63,523 nucleotides of DNA, filler included, from Octopus bimaculoides (GCF_001194135.2; 4 parts of 3 records of this genome joined end to end with filler, not necessarily neighbours in it); one strand, 5' to 3'. Counted from the whole stretch's first letter, positions 38,730 to 50,567 are shown. The notes: generated from the sequence alone by a model not told the origin. A program made the numbers and translations.

Positions 38730-38928
38730 ATTTCAAATTTTGGCACAAGACCACTAATTACAGGGGAGGGGATAAGTCAATTACATGGACCTCAGTGTTC
38801 AACTGGTTTTTATTTTGTCAGCCCTGAGAAGATGAAAGGCAAAGTCAACCTTGGTGGTATTTGAACTCAGAGCATAAGGAGAGAGGAAATGCTACTAAGC
38901 ATGCTATCAATTCAGCCAGCTTGTCACC

Positions 38929-38930
<2 letters not shown>
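38730..38930 (-). mobile_element. SINE family C
   Basis: Shared core; followed by (AAT)n. Confidence 0.85.
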
Positions 38931-38977
<47 letters not shown>

Positions 38978-39387
38978 TGATGATGATGATGATGATGATA
39001 ATAATGGTTTCAAATTTTGCCACTAGGGCAGCAATTTTGGGGGAGGGGATGATAATAATAATCCGGCTAGTGCAGTGTTCCCAACATTTTCATTACTAAA
39101 GAATTCTTTTATTTAAATGAATCTACCCAGAGAGTCTAGGGCTTTAACTCATAGACTTCCAGTACTTTCTTTATGCCCCCCCAACTAGAAGCATGGAATA
39201 CAATGTTTAAAGANNNNNNNNNNCCCCCCAACTAGAAGCATGGAATACAATGTTTAAAGAGAAAGGAAATAAGCATGGTCAGAAGTGGTCACTTTGTTGG
39301 AGTAGACAGAGTGGAGACAACTTCATATTTTGCAACTTTGAAGATGTATGGTAGTGAAGCAGAAAAGTATGTGTATATATATATATA

Positions 39388-39512
39388 TAGCTGTAGAAAC
39401 TCTGCCAAATTAGATTGGAGCCTGGTGTTGCCATCCGGTTTCACCAGTCCTCAGTCAAATCGTCCAACCCATGCTAGCATGGAAAGCGGACGTTAAACGA
39501 TGATGATGATGA
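39388..39512 (+). mobile_element. SINE family D 3' tail, young
   Basis: One mismatch over ~110 bp to the reverse complement of 42790-42903; (GAT)n tail. Confidence 0.9.
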
Positions 39513-39572
39513 TGATATATATATATAAATATAAACATACTTACATTCATATATATGTGTATGTGTATACAT

Positions 39573-39611
<39 letters not shown>

Positions 39612-39635
39612 ATTGGTCTCTTTATCTCATTCTTT

Positions 39636-39682
<47 letters not shown>

Positions 39683-39897
39683 NNNNNNNNNNNNNNNNNN
39701 NNNNNNNNNNNNNNNNATTGAAAGTATATTTTCTCCCTTACCCAAAGAACTAAATTCTTCCCATGCCCTTTCCATAACAGTTTTTTTTTTTTTTTGCTAG
39801 AAAAACTAACTAATTTCCCTCCAGTAAAACCTCATGGTCTAATGCTCTTATTTAACCTCATTCAGTGGGCAGAAAAAGAACATCTAACACCACCTAC

Positions 39898-40038
39898 AGC
39901 TAAAACCAACAACACATATGAGAGTGCACTGTGAAAGGCAAGAGTAGACTGGATAATTGATGAGAACAGATTGAGTAGTTTAAAAACAGCCAACGGCAAT
40001 GGAAAAATGAATCCTCTGCCAAGGTCGCCTTTTATTTT
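39898..40038 (-). CDS. Weak candidate exon, 141 nt, hydrophobic (KIKGDLGRGFIFPLPLAVFKLLNLFSSIIQSTLAFHSALSYVLLVLA)
   Basis: Acceptor CTGTTGCAG|, donor GCT|GTAGGT, inside 99-aa ORF 39862-40161; could instead be the antisense of a decayed TE. Confidence 0.2.
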
Positions 40039-40344
40039 CTGCAACAGTCGATAATCTAAATACCAGTAGGACTTGCACTGAGTAGGAGAGATGGTCAAAA
40101 CTTGACTATTATAATAACTGGCATGTTGAATATTTTGTTGGTTATCACAATCCTCAAGCATTTAGTTACATTATATCTAGAAGTCTAGGGCTTTTGTTCA
40201 ACAATGAACAATGAATGACATGTCAAATCATCTGAATATTTTATAAATTAGATAGGTTATCACCAAGCTAATTATACCTACACAAATTGACACTGTACCT
40301 AATCTGCAGACTTCATATTACTATTATTTCTAATATATGTAGAC

Positions 40345-40817
40345 TGTTATCTTTTATTTTTTACATGTTTCAGTCATTTCATTGTGGCCATGCTGGGGTA
40401 CCGCCTTGAACGGTGGGGGGAGGGGATTAGTTGAACAAATCGACCCACAAGACTTATTTTTTAAAGCCTGGTACTTATTCTATTTTTCTCATTTGCCAAA
40501 CCACTAAGTTACAGGGATTCAAACACACCAACATTGGTTGTCAAGTGGTCGAGAGGGGACAGACACAAGGACGCGCGCATAGATATAAACATATATTCTT
40601 TTATTTTTTTACTTGTTTCAGTCATTTGACTGTGGCCAAGCTAGAGCACCACCTTTAGTCAAGCAAATCAACCCCAGGACTTATTCTTTGTAAACCTAGT
40701 ACTTATTCTATCAACCCTTTTGCTGAACCGCTATGTTACAGAGACGTAAATGCACCAGCATCGGTTGTTAAGTGATGTTGGGTGGACAAACAGAGACACA
40801 CAAACATATACACGCAC

Positions 40818-40867
<50 letters not shown>

Positions 40868-40990
40868 ATGATGATGATATATATATATATGACAGGCTTC
40901 TTTCAGTTTTCGTCTACCAAATCCACTCACAAGGTGTCATGCAGTGGGACTGAACTCAGAACTATGTGGTTAGTAAGATATATATATATA
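40345..40990 (-). mobile_element. Composite of SINE family B copies
   Basis: Two tails and one head, microsatellite in the middle. Confidence 0.85.
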
Positions 40991-40997
40991 TATATAT

Positions 40998-41330
40998 ATC
41001 ATCATCATCATCATCATCCTCATTTTACATCCGTTTTCCATGTTGGCATGGGTTGGACGGTTTTACTGAGGTCTGGAGAGCCAGTGGCTGCACCAGGCTC
41101 CAATCTGATCGGCAATGTTTCTGTAGCTAGGTGCCCTTCCTAACGCCAACCACTCTGAGATTGTAGTGGGTGCTTTTTACATGTCACTGGCACAGGAGCC
41201 AGTCAGGCGGCCCTGGCATTGATCACATTCAGATAGTGCTATTTACATGTCACCAGCATGGGAGCCAGTCAGGAGGCACTGGCATTGGCGACATTTGGGT
41301 GTTGATTTTTATGTGCCTCTGGATAAGGCT
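40998..41330 (-). mobile_element. SINE family D
   Basis: (CAT)n tail, GCCCTTCCTAACGCCAACCAC segment. Confidence 0.85.
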
Positions 41331-41349
41331 GCATGGCGTTCAATTATAA

Positions 41350-42727
41350 TAAATAAAAAATACACATTAAGTACAGAACATCACCAACGAGGGGAAAATC
41401 CATAAACACATGAGAGAAAAGTACAGAACAAAGTACCAAAAGAAGATAACTCACTCATCAGTTGATGACTGTTTAATACTACCCATTTCGTGCTTTTAAT
41501 AGGATAGGAATTCTTCATAAAACAGCAACATCCAGAAATTTTTAAAATATAAAATTTGTGGACAGGAGTGGCTGTGTGGGAAGTAGCTTGCCTACCAACC
41601 ACATGGTTCCGGGTTCAGTCCCACTGTGTGGCACCTTGGGCAAGTGTCTTCTACTATAGCCTCAGGCCGACCAAAGCCTTGTGAGTGGATTTGGTAGGCA
41701 GAAACTAAAAGAAGCCCGTCGTATATATGTATGTGTGTGTATATGTCTGTGTGTCTGTGTTTGTCCCCCCAACATCGCGTGACAACTTATGCTGGTGTGT
41801 TTACGTCCCCGTAACTTAGCGGTTCGGCAAAAAGAGACCGATAGAATAAGTACTAGGCTTCCAAAGAATAAGTCCTAGGGTCGATTTGCTCGACTAAAGG
41901 CGGTGCTCCAGCATGGCCGCAGTCAAATGACTGAAACAAGTAAAAGAGTAAAAGAGTANNNNNNNNNNNNNNNNNNNNNNNNNNNNNNNNNNNNNNNNNN
42001 NNNNNNNNNNNNNNNNNNNNNNNNNNNNNNNNNNNNNNNNNNNNNNNNNNNNNNNNNNNNNNNNNNNNNNNNNNNNNNNNNNNNNNNNNNNNNNNNNNNN
42101 NNNNNNNNNNNNNNNNNNNNNNNNNNNNNNNNNNNNNNNNNNNNNNNNNNNNNNNNNNNNNNNNNNNNNNNNNNNNNNNNNNNNNNNNNNNNNNNNNNNN
42201 NNNNNNNNNNNNNNNNNNNNNNNNNNNNNNNNNNNNNNNNNNNNNNNNNNNNNNNNNNNNNNNNNNNNNNNNNNNNNNNNNNNNNNNNNNNNNNNNNNNN
42301 NNNGACGGGGGGGGGGGACAAAAGAGGGGATGAGGGGAAGAAAGGGAGAGGAGAGAGGGGATGAGGGAAAGAAACAAAGAGAGTGAGGAGAAGGGAGAAG
42401 GAACAAAAGATATTAAGGAGTGAAAAAATGACAAAGAGGGAGAGGGAGAAAAGGAAAATATATAGGATTATAAAGAGATAGAGTGAAAGAAAGAAAGCAG
42501 AGCCCGAACTCTCCACAAATTTTATATTTTTAAAATTTCTGGATGCTGCTGTCTTATGAGGTATTCCTATCTTGTCGTTAAAAGCACGAAATGGGTAGTA
42601 ATAAACAGTTGACAACTGATGAATGAGTTATCTTCTTTTGGTGTTTTGTTCTGTACTTTTTTCTCGTGTGTTTACGTATTTTTCATTCGTTGGTGATGTC
42701 CTGTACTTAATATGTATTTTCTATTTA
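41350..42727. mobile_element. Long-inverted-arm element (arms 41350-41562 and 42512-42727) around a GA-rich spacer; Penelope pLTR-like
   Basis: Arms ~85% identical in inverted orientation; share motifs with the 49421-50567 arms. Confidence 0.7.
41563..41958 (+). mobile_element. SINE family B, full length
   Basis: Complete head to GAGTAAAA tail. Confidence 0.93.
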
Positions 42728-42769
42728 TATACACATACATACATACATATATATGCATATATATATATC

Positions 42770-43160
42770 ATCATCATCATCATCATCATCATCGTTTAAC
42801 GTCCGCTTTCCATGCTAGCATGGGTTGGACGATTTGACTGAGGACTGGTGAAACCGGATGGCAACACCAGGCTCCAATCTGATTTGGCAGAGTTTCTACA
42901 GCTGGATGCCCTTCCTGGCGCCAACCACTCAGAGAGTGTAGTGGGTGCTTTTACGTGTCACCCGCACGAAGGCCAGTCAGGCAGTGCTGGCAATGGCCAC
43001 GCTCAAAATGGTGTATTTTACGTGCCACCCACACAAGAGCCAGTCCAGTGGCACTGGCAACGACCTTGCTCGAAAGTCCTTACACATGCTGCGGGCACAA
43101 GTGCCAGAAAGGCGATGCTGGGCACAAGTGCCAGAAAGGCGATGCTGGGCACAGGTGCCA
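42770..43160 (-). mobile_element. SINE family D with internal 27 bp tandem units
   Basis: Near-identical tail to 39388-39512. Confidence 0.88.
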
Positions 43161-44294
43161 TATATATATATACATACACACACACACACACATATATATA
43201 TATTTGATAAAGATAGTTAAGGCTGGTCTGTGGGGTTACCTTGGGTTCCACGTCCATAAAGCACCTAGCTTTACAGTGTTTCTTCAGACTCTAATGCCCA
43301 GTGACCTGTACTTCTCTTTCGGATTTATGATTTACTGTCGGTTATACATCACTTATCAGTAATGTACCTATAATAACTACTGGAAAAAGTTGTAAGCCAA
43401 ATTTGCTCCAATAACTTGTATTATATATATATATATATATATNNNNNNNNNNNNNNNNNNNNNNNNNNNNNNNNNNNNNNNNNNNNNNNNNNNNNNNNNN
43501 NNNNNNNNNNNNNNNNNNNNNNNNNNNNNNNNNNNNNNNNNNNNNNNNNNNNNNNNNNNNNNNNNNNNNNNNNNNNNNNNNNNNNNNNNNNNNNNNNNNN
43601 NNNNNNNNNNNNNNNNNNNNNNNNNNNNNNNNNNNNNNNNNNNNNNNNNNNNNNNNNNNNNNNNNNNNNNNNNNNNNNNNNNNNNNNNNNNNNNNNNNNN
43701 NNNNNNNNNNNNNNNNNNNNNNNNNNNNNNNNNNNNNNNNNNNNNNNNNNNNNNNNNNNNNNNNNNNNNNNNNNNNNNNNNNNNNNNNNNNNNNNNNNNN
43801 NNNNNNNNNNNNNNNNNNNNNNNNNNNNNNNNNNNNNNNNNNNNNNNNNNNNNNNNNNNNNNNNNNNNNNNNNNNNNNNNNNNNNNNNNNNNNNNNNNNN
43901 NNNNNNNNNNNNNNNNNNNNNNNNNNNNNNNNNNNNNNNNNNNNNNNNNNNNNNNNNNNNNNNNNNNNNNNNNNNNNNNNNNNNNNNNNNNNNNNNNNNN
44001 NNNNNNNNNTTACTTTATATAAAAAACGACATGGGAAGGGGATCTGTAATCTGGTTCAGGTGGTTCTTATAAAAACAAACCAAAACTGAACTAAAATAAG
44101 ATGAATAATAAAGTAAGTATGTCAAGTTTCTATTTCCAGGCAATCCAGAATCCTATTTCTAGAAGTTTCTGCTGTGTCTATTATGTATGTAACGAGGTAG
44201 TTAGTGGACGCTTTCAAGAAAAAATCGACTGGGGCAAGAAAGGAAATAGAAATGATTAGATGTGCGTGTGTGCTCCCGTTTCAATCTGGTAAAC

Positions 44295-44335
<41 letters not shown>

Positions 44336-46539
44336 TTCTTTCTCTCTGTTTCGTTCAGCGCGTGTAAAACATAAGAGAGGCATGGGAGAAATAGCGATAT
44401 ACCAGAAGAGACGAAAATAAAGAAAGACAAAAAGAAAATAACATATAAAATGAAAGAAGGTAGAGAAGAAGAATATCAGAAAAGATAGTGAGAGGAAGCA
44501 GAGAGAGCTGTCTGCGTAGTGCTAAGATATCCGCCGATCAGCTGTGACATAGAAAACTAAAAAAGCAGTTAAAGAGGCTTGGTTTGTCTGGCGGTAAAGG
44601 TTACACTTACAAATGTTCTTAAAACAGTGGTTGTACACAGGCATTCAGAAGTCTGTATGATGACGGCTACATAATCTAATTAGTGAGTGTCTCTGTGTAT
44701 TCTGTGTTCGTGTGTATGTGTCGGGCCTGTTTTATCGGGTGGTCTTGTTATGGGACTGATTCGAGTGTAGTGCTATTATAGATTATCTGAAACGTGTAAA
44801 AGGAACAGTGTGTGTGTGTGCGTGCGTGTGCCGCAGACATTCTATATTAAAACGGTCTAATATACTGGCAAGTGCTGTGAATGTCTCTATAAATAGTCTG
44901 GATGCGGGTTTTATGACCGACATCTTCAGCTGACAAACAAGATACACGCACACACATATTTTACTTATTTTTTTAATTTTGTATTACTATTAGTGAATAA
45001 TAGCGTCGTTGGTTACAGGTTTCAAATGGACTAATCAGTTTCAATGCATCTATGATAGTGACATTGACATTGGAATCTCTGCAATTTGATTGAGAATAAA
45101 CATCGGAAAGGATTCATTTGAAGAGTACTGCGGATTTTTACCGATTTATATCGGAGCAAGATTCAAACATATACACACATACATGCATATGCATACCCTA
45201 CCATACACAGAATAAATTTTCTAAATAATGGCAACGTCTATGGGGTGAGAAGGAACAGATACTCTTATAAAATCTTTGTAGCCTCGGAAGTTATTTGAAT
45301 GCATTAATATAATAATAATTAAAAAAGAGAGTACTGTAAATAAGAAAAGAGATACAAATACGTTGAATATTACTTTATTAGCTGGTTAAATTGTACAGTA
45401 ATTAGGTGGGGAAAAGTTTCAAATTTCGTAAAAAGGAAAAAAAAACCTTTCCAATTCTGACAGCATGAGTGCTAAATAACGAATGCAGTAAAATCATTTC
45501 CAATTCATAATAAAAAATGTTAATTTAATGCATAGATTTCAATATGTAATTCAGTAATTCATTTTGATATGAGACAGGCACAGTTTCCTCTACTTTTGAA
45601 GTTCAGTGTAATATTTAAGTGTTACGATGTCAATCGCACGCTTCGTGTGTTCAAATCCCAAATAACAAAATAGAGAGAAATTAACGGAAGAAAATTAACT
45701 GCCTCCTTAAGTTTCATGATGGAGTGAAAGTGTGTGCATATATGTGTGTATTTAAATGTGTGAGTATTTGTCTCTACTGATTAATCTAATTTTAATAGAT
45801 ATTTTTATTCCCAGTGAATGCATAAAATGTGTGTGTGCGTGTGCGCGCTTATTCGTTATAAGTATTTTATGCGCTCATTGGGAAAATGAAATAATTTCTA
45901 TGTTGTACTTAAATGTTTCTTTACATTCATACGTATGAATAACCCACTCAACTATTTTCTATTCCTTTATATGTATGTATGCATGCACGTGTAGCGGAGA
46001 TTCGAGCCCTAACTATTAGCTACTCAAGCACCACGTGTGAACCACCACAGTTTCACATGATTGGTCAATAAATTGAGCAATTAGTGTGAAGCTGTGGAGT
46101 GATACAGCTTCTCTGATGTTCTAGAATTGACCATCTTGTCACCCTATATAAAACAATTGACACCAAATTCACCAGGCAGAATACTGAGAGTGGACAACTG
46201 ATTCACATGCATCACTTCATGCCAGGCAGACGACCTCTGGCACTTGAGTAGACAGCTTTGGACTTTTGCACGGACAGACCAATTCTGAATATCCATACAA
46301 TGTCCTTGTCCTCCCAGTCAGTAATTATTAATATTTTTCATTGTAAAAGCCAACACCAGATGTCATCAATCATGTCCAGCAATGCTCATGCTTTTGCTTC
46401 AGTTATTCTACATGCAGTTTTTTTCCCCAACAGAAAATGCCCAGCAATGAATGATATGATCTCAGCAACACAAATGATTAAACCACAACACACACATGTT
46501 CCTTTTGTAGACATGCTCTGCAATAGATGTCCATGAATG

Positions 46540-48110
46540 GTGAGTGGTGGATTGGCATTTAGAGGTCAGCTGCCAGTGATCATGGTCATGAGAGGAAGTT
46601 TCCCAAGATCCTGCTCAGTTAACTTGACAACCCTATTTAGGTATTATGATCTCCGCCCCAATCCAGAGACGTCCCAATATAAAAGAAAAAGTGGAGTAAG
46701 GGAAAAAATAGTCCATTGAACTTAACCTGACTAGGACACTATACCCAGTGGGTTCTCTGTTTCTGTAGGAAACAGCAAGTAGGAAACAAATCCAATTGAT
46801 TTTGGGTTCATGGAATATCAGAACAACATTGGATGTAGCCAGTGTCCAAATGAAAAACTGTGATGATTGATAGGAGATTAATGCACCATGGGTGAGACAC
46901 CACCATTTTGTCAGGAATTCACTTGGGAAGGTAGGAAGGGTTATGAGAGTAAAACCACAGCCTCTTCTAGGCAAAAAAAGAAGACAGTAGCTGGGCCATC
47001 ACAAATAGTTTTGTCAGCCAACTTGTGTTGCTTCCTGTTGCTTTATTTGATAGGCGACTGAAGGTGAGATTAGCACTGACTGGAAATCAAAGGGTAACTG
47101 ATTTTATTGCAAAGTTGCAATGTTGACAAATGAATAAGAAAGATAATTTCTATAATTCACTAGGCAGATATCTGGATATCATGCCAACAACCAATAAGTT
47201 GTTTGTCCCCAGCTATTTTAATGCAATAATGGGAAGGGACTACCAAACAAGGGACTGAGTTTTAAGCTATTTAGGAAAATCGATAACACCTGCTTCAACT
47301 ATACACTATATATGATCTGACTGTGACAAATAACTTCCAGCTTTCTGAAAAGTAATTCTGCAGCTGCCATCATCTGTGACTAACATTATAGCATCAGTTA
47401 GGCTACACTTTTTCCAGCACCATTTCATTATTTGCGAAAGAATGGTGAGTGAGATCATTAGTGGAGAGTACATGCCCACAAGAGTGGATAGTGGATTGTT
47501 GAGTTTATCTCATCTACTATCCCATTGGCAATAACCTCTATGTGTAGTGAACCTCTATGTTTGGATAGTATCATTTGTTATCATAGCAGCATAGATGCTG
47601 AGGTGAAGTACTACATGCATTCAGATATGGTCTCTTCCAAAAAGCACAGTAATAGACCGAGGAAACAATGAGGCATAAAAGTGTACTGAGCAGTAATTTT
47701 GTCTCTTGTATTGCACTAAGACCTATATTCGGTATCACTGACACATGAAAAAGTTGAGCAGTGAGTTGCATTGGCTGCCATTTACAAAGAAGGTTTCTTG
47801 ACATAACCACATCTCCAACCAGAAGGTCTTGCAGCTTACCAATATGCCTAACGTTAAATCTCTCCTTATGGAATTGCCACTGCATTGAGTGCAATTGCAT
47901 GATCTGTGAGGAGGATACCGGAATCCCCTAAGACTGAACTTTACAGTGAACTGAAATATGGTGCCCAAAACTCTGTTGCAAGGATTTCAGTAAACAACAA
48001 GTAAATAAAGCAGGTGGACTAGTTGCAACTGCATGGAGAAGACAGTGACTAACTACAGACAATGACTTAGAGCTATAAAGAAAGAAGCAAAGGTTGTAGA
48101 GTCAATAAGA
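46540..48110 (+). mobile_element. Heavily decayed RTE LINE (APE start plus RT C-terminus, internally deleted)
   Basis: LGSWNIRTTLD near 46800, DNFYNSL near 47140, SIDAEV near 47590, NQKVLQLTNMPNVKSLL and PKTELYSELKYG near 47820-47965; many stops and frameshifts. Confidence 0.75.
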
Positions 48111-48186
48111 TGAAACAAGAAAAAAGACAGGAAAGGCTTGAGCAAGACCTATTTTACTCATTCCCCATCAATATTCTGCAATATAA

Positions 48187-48630
48187 AGGCAGTGAACAGG
48201 CAGCAGCATTACTACACTGGGCAAAATACTTAGCAGCATTTTGTCCATCTTTACATTCTAAGTTCAAATTTCCCCAAGGTCAACTTTGCCTTTCATCCTG
48301 TTGGAGTCGATAAAATAACTACCAGTTGAACACTGGGGTTAATGTAATCGACTTGTCCTCTGCCCTGAAATTGTTAGCCTTGTGCCAAAATTTGAAATCA
48401 GTATTCTGCAATATAAAGGCAGCAAGCTAGCAGAAGAATTAGTACACCAGCAAAATGGTTAGTGGCATTTTGTTCATCTCTGCGTTCTGAGTTCAAATTT
48501 TGCCAAGGTGGACTTTGCCTTTCATCCATTCGGGGTTGATAAAATATATAGCAGTTGAGTACTGGGGTTGATGTAATCGACTTTCCCCCACCCCCAAATT
48601 ACTAGCCTTGTGCCAAAATTTGAAACCAAT
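48187..48630 (+). mobile_element. Two tandem SINE family C copies
   Basis: Each preceded by ATATTCTGCAATATAAAGGC. Confidence 0.88.
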
Positions 48631-48686
48631 ATTCTGCAATATTTCCAGTCAAGATAAAAGCATCGTTAATCAAGTTTCTTTATTAC

Positions 48687-48739
48687 ATTTGAAGAATATT
48701 CTTTCTAACTACTAAATCATACTCAGTTATAAGTGACAC
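48687..48739 (-). CDS. Weak candidate exon, 53 nt (VSLITEYDLVVRKNILQ)
   Basis: Strong acceptor TCTTTCTTCTTAG|, donor AAT|GTAATA. Confidence 0.2.
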
Positions 48740-49039
48740 CTAAGAAGAAAGATGTGTGTGTGTGTGTGCATTGTATCAATCAATCAATCAGTTAATTGCT
48801 TTGTCAAAGCTTTTTACCACACAAGTGGTCCTTTGCAAAAAATTCCCCCATAGCTGTCATTTCTTATTTTGATATGTATTGTTGTGTGTAGTGTTGCCTT
48901 TATGTATGCTTCTGCAAGTGTGTCAGCATTTTTGTTTTTTACATGTTACTTAAGTAAATACATTTATATATAAGTGTGTACATGTGTGTATGTATATACA
49001 AACGTTAAGGCAAGGTAAACATCTCAAGTCATATACATT

Positions 49040-49334
49040 ATTACTTTTGGAAAAAAGATTCAGTCTTACAGCTGTTTCAAGGATATTCCATCATCAGAGA
49101 CAAATACGGAAAATGAGAAGGGTATAGATTAATGAAATGATGACATAGAGGACAGGAGTAAAGGAATAAGGAGATGAAGAAAGAGAAGAAAAAGAGGCAT
49201 AAAAGTTCACCTTTCAACTTTCTGATCTTGTAGAAATAAGTCCATAAGTCCTTGGGTGCAATCCTGCGTAAATCCATGTGTGTATACACGCACACACACA
49301 CACAGATGTATGTGTGTATGTGTGTATGTATATA

Positions 49335-49404
<70 letters not shown>

Positions 49405-50173
49405 TAATATATATATATGCATATATACATACATATATGTACATACCTACATATATATATATATATATACACACGCATGTATGGGTACAGGACGTCAAAA
49501 GAATGTGAACAACATGAGAAACGAGAACAGGAAAAACAAAAACATGGAAAACAAACTATTTTTAGAACAACAAAAGAAACAAATATAGAAACGAGACAGG
49601 CAACATAAAGAATATTCCCTTCATCAGTTGTCCCCTGTTTTATCTACTCCATGTTTCGAACACTTGGGACAAGACGCATCTTCCTTAAAACAGTTGTTCC
49701 CACAAAGCAAATTAAATAAAATTTGGGATTTGTGGAGGGTAAAAGTGGTAACAAAAACAGAACAGTAAGAACAAAACAGTAAGAGCAAAACACTAAAAAC
49801 AAAACAGTAAAACAAACAGTAAGGGCTGTTAAGCCATAATGAGGTGAAATGGTGAATGCTGGAGAAATGAGCTTTGACAGGAAACAGGCAAAAATGTGTG
49901 TTGTCTCTTGTAAGGCAAGGAGAAAAAAGAAAGATAGCCGCTGGTCATGTGTGAGTAACAAGAGTGTCAAGGAGGAAGAGAGAGGGAGAGAAAGAGAACA
50001 GTGAAGTGGGGAGGAGAAGAATTAGAGAGAGTGTGGGAGAGAAAAACAGAAAAAAAGAATAAGAGAGGGAGAATAGAGATAGTGATAGGATAGTTATAAA
50101 GTGTCACATCAGAATTACAAAGATAAAACTTGGAAATGGATGCGTGGTGTTCGATAATATAATAATATAAATA

Positions 50174-50208
<35 letters not shown>

Positions 50209-50567
50209 TAAGAGCATAAGCCCTTACTGTCCTGTTTTTGTTACCACTTTAACCCTCTGCGAATCCCAAATTTTATTTTATTTGCTTTGCAGGAATGACT
50301 ATTTTAAAGAAGACACGTCTTGTCCCAAGTGTTCAAAACATGGAGTAGATAAAACAGGGGACACCTGATGAAGGGATTGTTTTTTATGTTGCCTGTCTTG
50401 TTTCTCTATTTGTGTCTTTCATTGTTCGAAAAAAAGTTCGTTTTCCATGTTTTTGTTTTTTCTGTTCTTGTTTTTCATGTTGTTCACATTCTTTTGACAT
50501 CCTGTACCCATACATGTGTGTGTATATACATATATATGTAGGTATGTACATTTATGTATGTATATAT
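49040..50567 (-). mobile_element. Penelope-like pseudo-LTR array with a partial inverted copy
   Basis: Hammerhead segment 49040-49290, (TA)n, unit 49421-50185, inverted partial copy 50223-50567; no ORF present, so the class is inferred. Confidence 0.65.
49063..49101 (-). ncRNA. Minimal type I hammerhead ribozyme motif
   Basis: GTCT-CTGATGA-T-GGA ATA TCC-TT-GAAAC-AGCT-GTA-AGAC: helix I GTCT/AGAC, both core boxes intact, palindromic helix III ACAGCTGT, GTA cleavage triplet; helix II closing pair is non-canonical. Confidence 0.7.

Noticed and set aside
39176-39261. Exact 38 bp direct repeat
   Set aside because: It flanks a 10-N gap, typical of an unmerged contig overlap.
43085-43160. 27 bp repeats with a small hairpin (also at 30365-30445), superficially CRISPR-like
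   Set aside because: No unique spacers, no cas genes, eukaryotic context; they are internal minisatellites of SINE family D.
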